Positions 50,376 through 59,534 of a stretch of DNA of 64,000 bases are shown here, piece after piece. Within the stretch, counting starts at the first letter, position 1. The number at the start of each line of letters is the position of its first letter. Source of the DNA: Promethearchaeota archaeon (GTDB taxonomy: Archaea > Asgardarchaeota > Lokiarchaeia > Sigyniarchaeales > SOKP01); assembly GCA_016926735.1 (NCBI GenBank), contig JAFGOA010000223.1, forward strand, positions 1 through 64,000, written 5' to 3'. Under the pieces are notes generated by a model. That model was given only the letters and a program-made list of their open reading frames with translations. It ran no database searches and was not told where the DNA came from. Position numbers and translations under genes: made by a program.

Positions 50376-52511
50376 TTAAAAATTTACAATAAGGAAATAG
50401 CCCCAATTAACAATAGATCCAATTATAATTGCTATAGTTATTTCAAGTAGTGAAATTTGAAGTGCATATTTCCAATTGGTCTGTTTTGCAATTATAATAA
50501 TAGTTGCAAAACAAGGAATATATAACATCGTTACCAGACTAAAAACGAACATCTGAATTGGACTTAACAATAACGAAACCGAACCAACCCCAATTGAGAC
50601 AGCTAAAACTTCAAGTAATGCAAAAGTTAGCTCTTTCCTTAGTATACCGTAAATTAAAAATATGCCTGTTACTGCTGGGAGTCCCAAACAAAAGACAGTT
50701 ATTGGAGTAAGTATAATATTTACAGACTCTAATACGCTGAAGATATACATCACTTCTAATAAAATACCGATGAGTATAATTATCGGTAAAGATCTAAAAA
50801 CAAATTCTCTTGTGCGTACCCATGTTTGTTTTATTATAACTCTTGTATTTGGTTTTCGATATTCATGCATCTCCATGATTAATTCTGTACATTCACCCGG
50901 CATTGTCTTATTTAGTATCCGTCCAACAAAAATAATAACTATAAAATTAATTAGAAATAATAGTCCTACGAATCCTATTCCAAGATATTCTCCAACTAAT
51001 CCCATTACAACTACCATAGTTGCTGCACATGGAATTAATGAAGTTAAAGCAATAGAAATCTTTTTTTCTCTCTCTGTCTCCATAATCCTACATCCAGCAC
51101 ATGCAGGAACATTACATCCGAAACCTAATATCATAGTGATAATTGTTTTACCATGTACACCTAAAACATGCATAAATTTATCTAATAAAAAAGCAGCTCT
51201 AGGTAAATACCCTGAATCCTGTAAAATTTCAATCAATAAAAAGAAAGGAATAACATATACTAATACTCCGCCTACTGCCCCAAAAAATCCTCCTACAGCA
51301 CCTTCCCACAATATTTTTCCCGCAACTGTACTAGTATCTATATCTGTACTTAGATAAGTATATAATTGATCCACCAGTCCTCCCAGAAAATCCCCAATTA
51401 TAAATGTAAAATAATATATTCCAATCAATACCAATGCTAATATTACATATCCCAAAATTGAATGTGTAGTTAGATGATCTATAATATCCGTAATAGATTG
51501 TTTCTTTGTTTCTTTTCTTGTGTCTATTATTAGAATACTATCAATTATTTTGTTGATATTTTGATATATCTCTGAAGATATAATAGTAGAGATCTCTTCT
51601 CCATGGTATTCTTCCAAATTTTTTCTATAATCCTTTGAAGTTTTAATAATTTCTGAATTATGAATATCTTTTGATATTAATTTTTCTATTTCTCTATCAT
51701 TTTCTAAAAGTTTTAAAGCTATAAACCGAGAAGGATAATGATATTTTTCAGTATCTCCTATATTTTGCTCAATATTATCTTCTAGCAATTGGATTTTCTC
51801 TTCAACTTCCTTACCAAATGAAAGTAAAGGTGATAAATCTGGAAATTGAAATAATTCTCTGGATGATGTATTTAATTCTAATTTTGGATACATATGTTTG
51901 ATTTTAAAATGATGGTGATGAGTTCTTCTTTTTTTTCTATGTTCTTTTTTATGTGGGTTAAATTTATGCTCATATATTAATTCTATAGCTTCTTCAAGCA
52001 ATTGATATACTCCAACTCCATGAACAGCAACTACTGGAATAACAGGAACTTTAAATATTTGTTCAAACATTTCGAAATTAATGTCTTTATTTCTTTTTCT
52101 AAGTATATCCATTTGATTTACTGCGATTACAATTGGAATTTTTAATTCAAGTAATTGAAATGTAAAAAATAAATTTCTTTCTAAATTGGTTGCGTCTATT
52201 ACATTAATTATTAGATCTACCTCATCTGAGGCGATATATTCTCGACTTACAATTTCCTCTAAAGAATATGCTGATAATGAGTATATTCCAGGTAAATCAA
52301 CAATATTGATATTATGCCCCAAGAAATTAAGATGTCCTTCCATTTTTTCTACTGTCTTTCCTGGCCAATTTCCAATTGTCTGAGAAAGCCCTGTAAGTTG
52401 ATTAAATATAACACTTTTCCCCACATTTGGATTTCCAGCTAAAGCAATATTGATTTTATTTCCTATAAATTGATTTTTCTTTCTTTCTTTATGAGAACAA
52501 CAATCTTTCAT
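50376..52511 (-). CDS. feoB: Ferrous iron transporter B
   Basis: GNPNVGKS, NWPGKTVE, DLPGIYSL, DATNLERN, DSGYLPRAA, GFGCNVPA, LYIPC. Confidence 0.96.
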   Translation of the reverse strand: MKDCCSHKERKKNQFIGNKINIALAGNPNVGKSVIFNQLTGLSQTIGNWPGKTVEKMEGHLNFLGHNINIVDLPGIYSLSAYSLEEIVSREYIASDEVDLIINVIDATNLERNLFFTFQLLELKIPIVIAVNQMDILRKRNKDINFEMFEQIFKVPVIPVVAVHGVGVYQLLEEAIELIYEHKFNPHKKEHRKKRRTHHHHFKIKHMYPKLELNTSSRELFQFPDLSPLLSFGKEVEEKIQLLEDNIEQNIGDTEKYHYPSRFIALKLLENDREIEKLISKDIHNSEIIKTSKDYRKNLEEYHGEEISTIISSEIYQNINKIIDSILIIDTRKETKKQSITDIIDHLTTHSILGYVILALVLIGIYYFTFIIGDFLGGLVDQLYTYLSTDIDTSTVAGKILWEGAVGGFFGAVGGVLVYVIPFFLLIEILQDSGYLPRAAFLLDKFMHVLGVHGKTIITMILGFGCNVPACAGCRIMETEREKKISIALTSLIPCAATMVVVMGLVGEYLGIGFVGLLFLINFIVIIFVGRILNKTMPGECTELIMEMHEYRKPNTRVIIKQTWVRTREFVFRSLPIIILIGILLEVMYIFSVLESVNIILTPITVFCLGLPAVTGIFLIYGILRKELTFALLEVLAVSIGVGSVSLLLSPIQMFVFSLVTMLYIPCFATIIIIAKQTNWKYALQISLLEITIAIIIGSIVNWGYFLIVNF

Positions 52512-52636
52512 AAATATCAGATTTTTTTTAGTTTAATTAAGCTCTTTTTTTTAAAAATTTTAAGATTAAAAATATTTTGGAAGTGTTTTTAATGCAAAAT
52601 CTTACTTTCCATCTATATATAAAAAATTTGTATTTT

Positions 52637-52936
52637 TTAAATATTACATTCTTTATTACAATTTACTAATATTTTCGAAGCAATTCCTCTTCCAATGACA
52701 ATTTTTGATCCTTTAACTTCGATCTCCAATGGTCCTCTAAGTGGTGCTTCTTTTTTTTTCTTAATTATTGATCCAGGAACAATTCCTAAATTAGCTAAAT
52801 GATTTTTTGCTTTCATACCTGAGTTAACAGATAAAACTATAACATCCTCATTTTTCTGACATAATGTTAAGCATTTAATCAATGTTTTTCCTATCTTAGA
52901 TATTTGATCTGAATCATTGAATTTAATTTCATTCAT
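52637..52936 (-). CDS. feoA: FeoA family protein
   Basis: LANLGIVPG, APLRGPLEI, IGRGIASKI. Confidence 0.9.
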   Translation of the reverse strand: MNEIKFNDSDQISKIGKTLIKCLTLCQKNEDVIVLSVNSGMKAKNHLANLGIVPGSIIKKKKEAPLRGPLEIEVKGSKIVIGRGIASKILVNCNKECNI

Positions 52937-52992
52937 AACTAAACAGTTTTTTATTCTATAATATAAAAATAGTTTTTATTATATTTAAACTT

Positions 52993-53006
52993 TTAGGCAT
53001 GCCTAA
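52993..53006. promoter_or_regulatory. DtxR-type operator TTAGGCATGCCTAA
   Basis: Perfect 14-bp palindrome 3 nt upstream of a minus-strand TTTAAATA box ahead of feoA-feoB. Confidence 0.75.
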
Positions 53007-53189
53007 TAAACAATATAAAATATCTTAATTTAAGATATTTAAATAATTAAGAAATACTATTCTTATCAATAATATAAATATCTAATAAAATATTCACGGA
53101 AATCAAAAATTAATCGTATATTTTCCTAATTTCTCTTCTTTATTGTATTTAATAAAAAATAGTTTTTGTTTATATAATTAATAATATCA

Positions 53190-53486
53190 TTAACCCATAC
53201 AAATATTATTACAGCTTACAATAATTTTTGCTACCAAACCTCGTCCTAATACAATCTTAGTACCTTTGACAATTATTTCGACAGGACCATTAAATGGTGC
53301 TGATTTACTTTTTATAATCTTTACACCCGGAACAATTCCTAATGTTGCTAATCTTTGAGTTGCTGTACCTCCAGCATCCACTTTTATTACTTCTAGTTCA
53401 TCACCAATCTCACATTCACCTAAACATTTAATTAATGAACTGCCCCTTTCTTTATTTAATATTGATTTTCTGTTTTGAATATCCAT
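53190..53486 (-). CDS. feoA: FeoA family protein
   Basis: RLATLGIVPG, APFNGPVEI, LGRGLVAKI. Confidence 0.9.
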   Translation of the reverse strand: MDIQNRKSILNKERGSSLIKCLGECEIGDELEVIKVDAGGTATQRLATLGIVPGVKIIKSKSAPFNGPVEIIVKGTKIVLGRGLVAKIIVSCNNICMG

Positions 53487-53553
53487 TTTATTCTTATATA
53501 GAAAAAGTTTTTTCTTCTCTATGTATTGTTAATCATACTTGGTATTTAAATTA

Positions 53554-53567
53554 TTAGTGTTTCCTAA
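53554..53567. promoter_or_regulatory. Second DtxR-type operator (minus strand TTAGGAAACACTAA)
   Basis: Same 3-nt spacing to TTTAAATA as the 52993 site. Confidence 0.55.
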
Positions 53568-53728
53568 ATATAATATATTAATTCTTTTCCTTATAAAAGA
53601 TAAACTGAAATAAATAAATATATTTGATTTTTAAAAAGAAATAATAAAAATCTTAAGAATAATATTGTTATTTTATTTAATTTGATAATATTTTGAATAA
53701 TTATTTAAAAATTACTCCTTTTTTTCTC

Positions 53729-53748
53729 TTATGAATAATTATTCAGAA
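53729..53748. promoter_or_regulatory. Palindrome TTATGAATA-N2-TATTCATAA, copy 1 (one mismatch)
   Basis: TTATGAATAATTATTCAGAA. Confidence 0.45.
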
Positions 53749-53911
53749 AAATAAAATAATAATGTTCATAATCTTGGATTATTAAATTTATTAATTTTAA
53801 CACATAAAACTAGCAATAGCTATAAATAATTCTTAAATGATAAATTCAACATTGTATTCTTATCAATTTAATATCCGTATGAGGATATTTCATATTTTGA
53901 ATTCTTTTTTA

Positions 53912-53931
53912 TTATGAATATATATTCATAA
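53912..53931. promoter_or_regulatory. Palindrome copy 2, upstream of the DUF5320 gene
   Basis: TTATGAATATATATTCATAA, perfect. Confidence 0.65.
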
Positions 53932-53977
53932 AACTTAAATATCATTATATCTATTAATAACATAATAAATAAAAAAA

Positions 53978-54355
53978 GTGATTATAAAAATGCCAAGTGG
54001 AGATGGAACTGGTCCAAATGGTTTTGGACCAAGAACTGGAAGGGCGTTAGGATATTGTGCCGGATATAATGTACCTGGATATCTTAGGGGTCCTGGAAGA
54101 GGAGGTTTTAATAGAGGATTAGGCTTTGGAAGAAACTTTTATGGAAGGCGATTTGATTATCCCTTTCATAGAGGAGATCTATTAACTCCTATAAATCCAA
54201 TTAATAATATAGGACTTAATTCAGAGATCACTCCTGAATCTAAAATAGCTATTTTAAATAGAGAAAAAGAATATTTGGAGTCAGAAATGGAAAATCTTAA
54301 GACAATTATTGGTAATATTGAAAAAAATATCACTCAAATTAAAAAACAAGAATAA
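53978..54355 (+). CDS. DUF5320 family protein (likely ATG 53990)
   Basis: MPSGDGTGPNGFGPRTGRALGYCAG, Gly/Arg-rich middle, C-terminal coiled coil. Confidence 0.85.
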   Translation: MIIKMPSGDGTGPNGFGPRTGRALGYCAGYNVPGYLRGPGRGGFNRGLGFGRNFYGRRFDYPFHRGDLLTPINPINNIGLNSEITPESKIAILNREKEYLESEMENLKTIIGNIEKNITQIKKQE

Positions 54356-54384
54356 TTTATTTTATTTTTTATTTAATTTTAAAA

Positions 54385-54840
54385 TTAAAGAGAATTTACT
54401 TTAGATATATTTTTTTTATATTTTTTTATTGTATCTTTTAGAGCGTTTATAGCTAATTCTGCACAATGTTTATGATCTTTTGGTAAGCCTTTAAGTGATT
54501 GATCGATATGTATAGTTTTTAATGATTCTATATCTTCTAGTGGTTTTCCTCGAGCCATAATGGTTGTTTGACTTCCTGCTGCAACTAATGCACCACATCC
54601 ATCTGTAATAAAAGTTATGTCTTTAATTATGTTTTCTTCTATTTTTATAAAATATTTTATTGATTCTCCGCATTTTCCTTTATAATTATTTTTTACACTT
54701 AAATTATGCTCCTCCAATTTTCCCCAATTCTTGGGATTATGAAATAATTCTACGATATATTCATTAAATTCTTCAATTTCTTTTGCAATTATTTCTTTCT
54801 GAAGCTCCTCTATAAATCTATCAAATTCTTTATTTGACAT
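54385..54840 (-). CDS. IscU/NifU-N-like Fe-S scaffold protein
   Basis: HNPKNWG, CGE, TDGCG, GLP..HKHCAELA. Confidence 0.85.
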   Translation of the reverse strand: MSNKEFDRFIEELQKEIIAKEIEEFNEYIVELFHNPKNWGKLEEHNLSVKNNYKGKCGESIKYFIKIEENIIKDITFITDGCGALVAAGSQTTIMARGKPLEDIESLKTIHIDQSLKGLPKDHKHCAELAINALKDTIKKYKKNISKVNSL

Positions 54841-54868
54841 TTTATAAACTCTAAAGTGTTCTTAATAA

Positions 54869-55741
54869 CTACTTTTCCAATAAATTTTGAATTTTATCTA
54901 CTATTTGTTTAAATGATGTTGCACTTTCATTATCTGTGTTATTAATTACAAAAGGTAAGCCTTGATCTCCTTGAAGACTTACTTCAACCTCGAAAGGTAT
55001 TTTCCCTAAAAGAGGTATATTAAAATCCTTAGCTGCCTTTTCCGCACCACCTGGAGGATAAAGATTAATATATTCATTACAATGTGGACATTGAAATCCG
55101 GACATATTTTCAATAATTCCTAAAACATGTCTCTTCATAATCTGAGCCATCTTAATGGTTTTTCGAGCATCCATCAAAGCAACTTCTTGAGGTGTTGTAA
55201 CAATAATCACATTTTCATCCGGAATAAGTTGTAATATATCCAATGTTTCATCAGATGTACCTGGGGGTAGATCACATATAAGAAAGTCTAATTCTCCCCA
55301 TAAAGCATCTCCTAGAAATTGTCTTACAGCCCCCATTTTCATAGGACCTCTCCAAATTACTGGTGAATCAGAATTATCTATAAGAAAAGCCATACTCATT
55401 ACTTTGGTATTAAGTGGACCATCTATAGGATAAAATTTTTTTAATTCTTCATTTATTCTTGGTTTTTTACTAGAATCAATTCCTAGCATTTTATTTACAT
55501 TCGGACCAGTTATATCTACATCTAATAGTCCTACTCGAAGGCCTATACTTGCGAGACTCATTGCTAAATTTACGGATACTGTTGTTTTACCGACCCCTCC
55601 CTTACCTGAAATAACAACGATTTTATGTTTTATCTTTGCCATGTTATTTTTTATATTATCTGTCGTTTCATCCATTTTTTCTTTTTTAGCTTGTTTTATA
55701 GTATCTTTAAGATTAATATCTTCGATTTTTTCATCTTTCAT
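54869..55741 (-). CDS. Mrp/NBP35 family ATPase (Fe-S carrier)
   Basis: SGKGGVGKTT, VIWRGP, DLPPGTSDE, VTTPQ, IENMS..CPHC. Confidence 0.93.
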   Translation of the reverse strand: MKDEKIEDINLKDTIKQAKKEKMDETTDNIKNNMAKIKHKIVVISGKGGVGKTTVSVNLAMSLASIGLRVGLLDVDITGPNVNKMLGIDSSKKPRINEELKKFYPIDGPLNTKVMSMAFLIDNSDSPVIWRGPMKMGAVRQFLGDALWGELDFLICDLPPGTSDETLDILQLIPDENVIIVTTPQEVALMDARKTIKMAQIMKRHVLGIIENMSGFQCPHCNEYINLYPPGGAEKAAKDFNIPLLGKIPFEVEVSLQGDQGLPFVINNTDNESATSFKQIVDKIQNLLEK

Positions 55742-55830
55742 ATGGTTTCACTTTAATTCTAATTTTTTTCCTTTTTCAATCTTTTTTTTTATTATTTAGA
55801 TTAAATTTAAATATTTTAATAAGTTTATTA

Positions 55831-55850
55831 TTATGAATAAATATTCATAA
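55831..55850. promoter_or_regulatory. Palindrome copy 3, in the divergent mrp / nifX-like intergenic region
   Basis: TTATGAATAAATATTCATAA. Confidence 0.65.
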
Positions 55851-55892
55851 AAAAGAATAAAAAAAATACAAATAAAAATAGTTGATTAAGAA

Positions 55893-56300
55893 ATGGTTAT
55901 TATAGCAATACCTTCGATGAATGATGGTGGATTAAATGATTTTCTAAATCCACGATTTGGGAGATGTCCTTGTTTTACATTTATTGAACTAGAAAATAAA
56001 GAAGTTACAGCGGTGAAGATTATAAATAATGTTGCTACTAATTCAATGGGGGGCGCAGGAATACAAGCGGCACAAATTGTTGGAGAAAATAAAGCGGATA
56101 CAGTTATTATAAATTTCTTGGGTCCTAATGCAATCCAAGCACTTAAATCTTTTAATATTAAAATCTTTGAGCTTAGAAACGATAAAATTTCCATAAAAGA
56201 TGTTCTAGATCTATATAATAAGGGGGAATTAGCAGAGATAAATGCTTCAAATGTTAATTCTCATTTTGGAACTAATAAAAATATAACTAATCCGAATTAA
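55893..56300 (+). CDS. NifB/NifX (FeMo-cofactor-binding-like) family protein
   Basis: IAIPS, RFGRCPCF, GGAGIQAAQ, GPNA. Confidence 0.88.
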   Translation: MVIIAIPSMNDGGLNDFLNPRFGRCPCFTFIELENKEVTAVKIINNVATNSMGGAGIQAAQIVGENKADTVIINFLGPNAIQALKSFNIKIFELRNDKISIKDVLDLYNKGELAEINASNVNSHFGTNKNITNPN

Positions 56301-56346
56301 ATTATTAAAAAATTAATTTTATACATATTTTAATAAAAGCTTTAAA

Positions 56347-57261
56347 ATGTCAAAAAATCTTAAAATTATTTGTGTAACTGGAGGAAAAGGTGGTACTGGA
56401 AAAACTTTAGTCGCCGTTAATTTAGCAGTGATGTTAAAAAATCAAGGTAATAAAATACTGCTTATTGATGGAGATGTTGAAAATCCTAACACTCACTTAT
56501 TATTAAATAGGGAATTATTAAATGATAAACCCGTATATATGTTCAAACCAAAAATTTCAGAACATTTATGCTATAAATGTGGAACATGTGCTGAAAATTG
56601 CTCTGCTCATGCATTATTATACATAACAAATTCTGTTCCTATTCCAATGCTTACTGTGTGCTCTGGATGTAAATTATGTTATAAAATTTGTCCTTCAAAT
56701 GCTATTGAGGAAGATTATAAAATAATTGGATGGACTTATTACTCCACCAAGGATAATCTTTCTCTTATGGTTGGTGAATTAAAACCATCTGAGGCTCGTT
56801 CTGCTGCAATCATTGAAGCATTATTTAAACGAATGGAAGATATTCAACAAAACAATATAGAAGATTTTGATTTTATTATTTTTGATAGTGCTCCTGGAGC
56901 TCATTGTGATGTTGAATTATTAATAAATAAAGCCGATATCATCATTCCAGTTACTGAACCAACGAAATTCGGTGAATTAGATTTAATGCGAATAATAGAA
57001 TTAATTAATCTTTTGGAAAAAGAATACCAAATCATAATTAATCGATCAACTTTACCTGGGTATAAAGATGTATTTTTAAAGAAATTAAATGACAAAAATA
57101 TTAACATTCTTGGTGAAATACCTTTCGATGAAGATATTGTACTATCTTATTGTCAAGGTATCCCTCTAATGAGTGAAGAAAGCATATTTAATACAAAAAA
57201 TGAAGGATATTTATCATTTCAAACAATATTTAAAAATTTATTAAGTTGGATAAATAGTTAA
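56347..57261 (+). CDS. MinD-superfamily P-loop ATPase with inserted ferredoxin domain
   Basis: GGKGGTGKT, DGDVENPN, two CxxCxxCxxxC motifs, VTEPT. Confidence 0.9.
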   Translation: MSKNLKIICVTGGKGGTGKTLVAVNLAVMLKNQGNKILLIDGDVENPNTHLLLNRELLNDKPVYMFKPKISEHLCYKCGTCAENCSAHALLYITNSVPIPMLTVCSGCKLCYKICPSNAIEEDYKIIGWTYYSTKDNLSLMVGELKPSEARSAAIIEALFKRMEDIQQNNIEDFDFIIFDSAPGAHCDVELLINKADIIIPVTEPTKFGELDLMRIIELINLLEKEYQIIINRSTLPGYKDVFLKKLNDKNINILGEIPFDEDIVLSYCQGIPLMSEESIFNTKNEGYLSFQTIFKNLLSWINS

Positions 57262-57274
57262 CTGGGAATGAATA

Positions 57275-58201
57275 ATGAAAAACAAGAAAGTTGGAGTTAT
57301 TTCTGGTAAGGGAGGGGTCGGTAAAACCTCACTTGTAGCTTCATTAGCATATTTGACTGAGAATGATAGAGATATCAATTCTATTGTTATTGATTGTGAT
57401 GTCGATGCACCTAATTTAGCTCTGATTTTATCACCAAGTCCAAATAATAATCTAAAAAGAAAAGATGTATATTCAACCTTAAAGGCTTCATTTCAAAAAG
57501 AAAAATGCACACAATGTAAACGCTGTATTGATGATCATTTTTGTGAATTTAATGCTTTAAGTTGGGATTTTGATAACAACATCCCATTGATTGATTATCT
57601 TTCATGTGAAGGATGTGGTGCCTGCAAATTATTGTGTCAAGGATATGCTTTTGAAATAAATCCTGTTAAAAGTGGTGAAATTATTTACTATATTTCAGAT
57701 ATTGGTATACCTATTGTTTATGGTAAAACAAGATTAGGAAGTACAACCTCTGGAAAACTAGTTACAGAATGTAAATCTTACATTGAAAAATTAGATGGTT
57801 TAGAAAAAATAAATCTAATTATAATTGATGGTCCTCCTGGAATTGGCTGTCCTGTTATTGCAACTATATCAGGATTAGATTATCTAATTATTGTCACTGA
57901 ACCAACACCCTCAGGATTACACGACCTTAAGAGAACTATCGAACTAGTTCAAAATTTTAAAATTCCTTTTGGAATTGTGATAAATAAATTTAATATTGAT
58001 ACTCCTTTTCAAGTTGAGTTTAAAAAATATTTTAATGAAACAGGTTTTGATATTATTGGTAAAATTCCTTTTGATTTAACAATACCTGAAGCTATGTCAT
58101 ATGCAAAACCAGTTATTGAATTTAATCATGAATCTGAAGCAAGTAAAGCTATTAAAAATATATATACACAAATAAAGAATATTTTATGGAACGGAAAATA
58201 A
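57275..58201 (+). CDS. MinD-superfamily P-loop ATPase with inserted ferredoxin domain
   Basis: SGKGGVGKT, DCDVDAPN, CEGCGAC...C, DGPPGIGCPVIA, VTEPT. Confidence 0.9.
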   Translation: MKNKKVGVISGKGGVGKTSLVASLAYLTENDRDINSIVIDCDVDAPNLALILSPSPNNNLKRKDVYSTLKASFQKEKCTQCKRCIDDHFCEFNALSWDFDNNIPLIDYLSCEGCGACKLLCQGYAFEINPVKSGEIIYYISDIGIPIVYGKTRLGSTTSGKLVTECKSYIEKLDGLEKINLIIIDGPPGIGCPVIATISGLDYLIIVTEPTPSGLHDLKRTIELVQNFKIPFGIVINKFNIDTPFQVEFKKYFNETGFDIIGKIPFDLTIPEAMSYAKPVIEFNHESEASKAIKNIYTQIKNILWNGK

Positions 58202-58237
58202 TTAATTTATTTATTTTAAAAATCTCTATCTTTAAAA

Positions 58238-58657
58238 TTAAATTTGTTCTCTAACAAAGAAATATACATTTTTTGAATTGCAATTCACACAATTAATTTT
58301 CTTATCTTTTGAAGCAGAAACATCTTCCCATTCATGATTACAATCAATACAACCATAACCAATGAATTTTACTTTATAGTCGAAAGTACCTCCAAAAATT
58401 TTTATATTTTTTCCTTCAATGAGAGCTTGGGTTGTTTTCTGATGAGCACTTTCGAGAATACGTGAGAAGGTTGGTTGACTAATACCCATCTCGTCAGCAG
58501 CTGTTTTTTGATCTAAATTTAAATAATGTTTTAATCTCATAGATTCGAATTCTGAGATTGTCAAAATAATAGATTCTTCAAAAGAGGGATCTTCACTTGC
58601 AAAATAGAAATTATTGGGTGTTTCTCTTACCCATCTTCTTCTTTTTCTTCTCCCCAT
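58238..58657 (-). CDS. DUF134 family HTH protein with C-terminal Zn ribbon
   Basis: MGRRKRRRWV, EFESMRL, AADEMGISQPTFSRILESA, CIDC...CVNC. Confidence 0.88.
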   Translation of the reverse strand: MGRRKRRRWVRETPNNFYFASEDPSFEESIILTISEFESMRLKHYLNLDQKTAADEMGISQPTFSRILESAHQKTTQALIEGKNIKIFGGTFDYKVKFIGYGCIDCNHEWEDVSASKDKKINCVNCNSKNVYFFVREQI

Positions 58658-58771
58658 ATTTAATCAATTGAAATCTTGATGAATTAATTCTTTTAAAAAA
58701 ACTAATTATCTTTTAATTATTAAAACTAATTATAACAATAAATTTATTCCTATTTTTCTGATATCATAATT

Positions 58772-59131
58772 TTAGTGATGACAACTTGGTCCTTCTAATT
58801 TGTCCAATTTATCACTAAGAAGTAACTCTATATTTTCTTTTACAGTTTTCTCAGATATTCCTTGATAAAGATTAATTCCTACTTGAATAAATCCCATATA
58901 AGGTCTACCTCCAATCCCTCCAATAATCATATCAGTTACATCTCTATCTTTCATATTCAAAACAGGTTCCATACAACTTGAATGACCTTTATTTTGTAGT
59001 AAAAATGCAATCTCACCAATGTGATTATCATTGGTGTTGATCCCAATAAAAAAATTACAATGACCAAAATGATCAGACATAACATCATCTATTTTTGAAC
59101 CATCTGAAGGAATAGCTATTATTCTTTTCAT
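58772..59131 (-). CDS. NifB/NifX family protein
   Basis: IAIPS, DHFGHC, IIGGIGGRP. Confidence 0.85.
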   Translation of the reverse strand: MKRIIAIPSDGSKIDDVMSDHFGHCNFFIGINTNDNHIGEIAFLLQNKGHSSCMEPVLNMKDRDVTDMIIGGIGGRPYMGFIQVGINLYQGISEKTVKENIELLLSDKLDKLEGPSCHH

Positions 59132-59150
59132 TTTTACCTTACCTTTTTAT

Positions 59151-59170
59151 TTATGAATAATTATTCATTT
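59151..59170. promoter_or_regulatory. Palindrome copy 4, upstream of the nifX-like/DUF134 genes
   Basis: TTATGAATAATTATTCATTT. Confidence 0.6.
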
Positions 59171-59245
59171 TATATAAATTTACATATATACAAATCTTCC
59201 TGGTTAGAAAAATATATAATATTTAAAAAAAATTACATCATTATA

Positions 59246-59509
59246 ATGGATTTTTTACATGCTTTATTATTTTTATTTATAATTTTGTATTTTTCTTATG
59301 TTATAAAAGCTAACTACTTTTACCTTGTTTTTATAGCAGTTGTTTTCTTATTTTTTTTTATTTCTCTATTATTTTTAGAGCCAATGCAATTTATAAATGC
59401 TATAGTAAATCAGATAATTTTAACACCTTGGGGATTGATTATCTTAATTATTTTGGGTATTTTGTTGATATTCACTTCAAAACTAAAAAAAAAAGTTGAA
59501 TATAAGTAA
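59246..59509 (+). CDS. Small membrane protein (ORF track starts at 59153; ATG 59246 more plausible)
   Basis: Three hydrophobic segments and a basic tail. Confidence 0.5.
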   Translation: MDFLHALLFLFIILYFSYVIKANYFYLVFIAVVFLFFFISLLFLEPMQFINAIVNQIILTPWGLIILIILGILLIFTSKLKKKVEYK

Positions 59510-59534
59510 AATAATTAATTTATAAGAATAATTT

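Noticed and set aside
55893-59131. Nitrogen fixation inferred from NifB/NifX-like and NifU-like genes
   Set aside because: These small domains are widespread in anaerobes in this same cluster, and no nifHDK is present.
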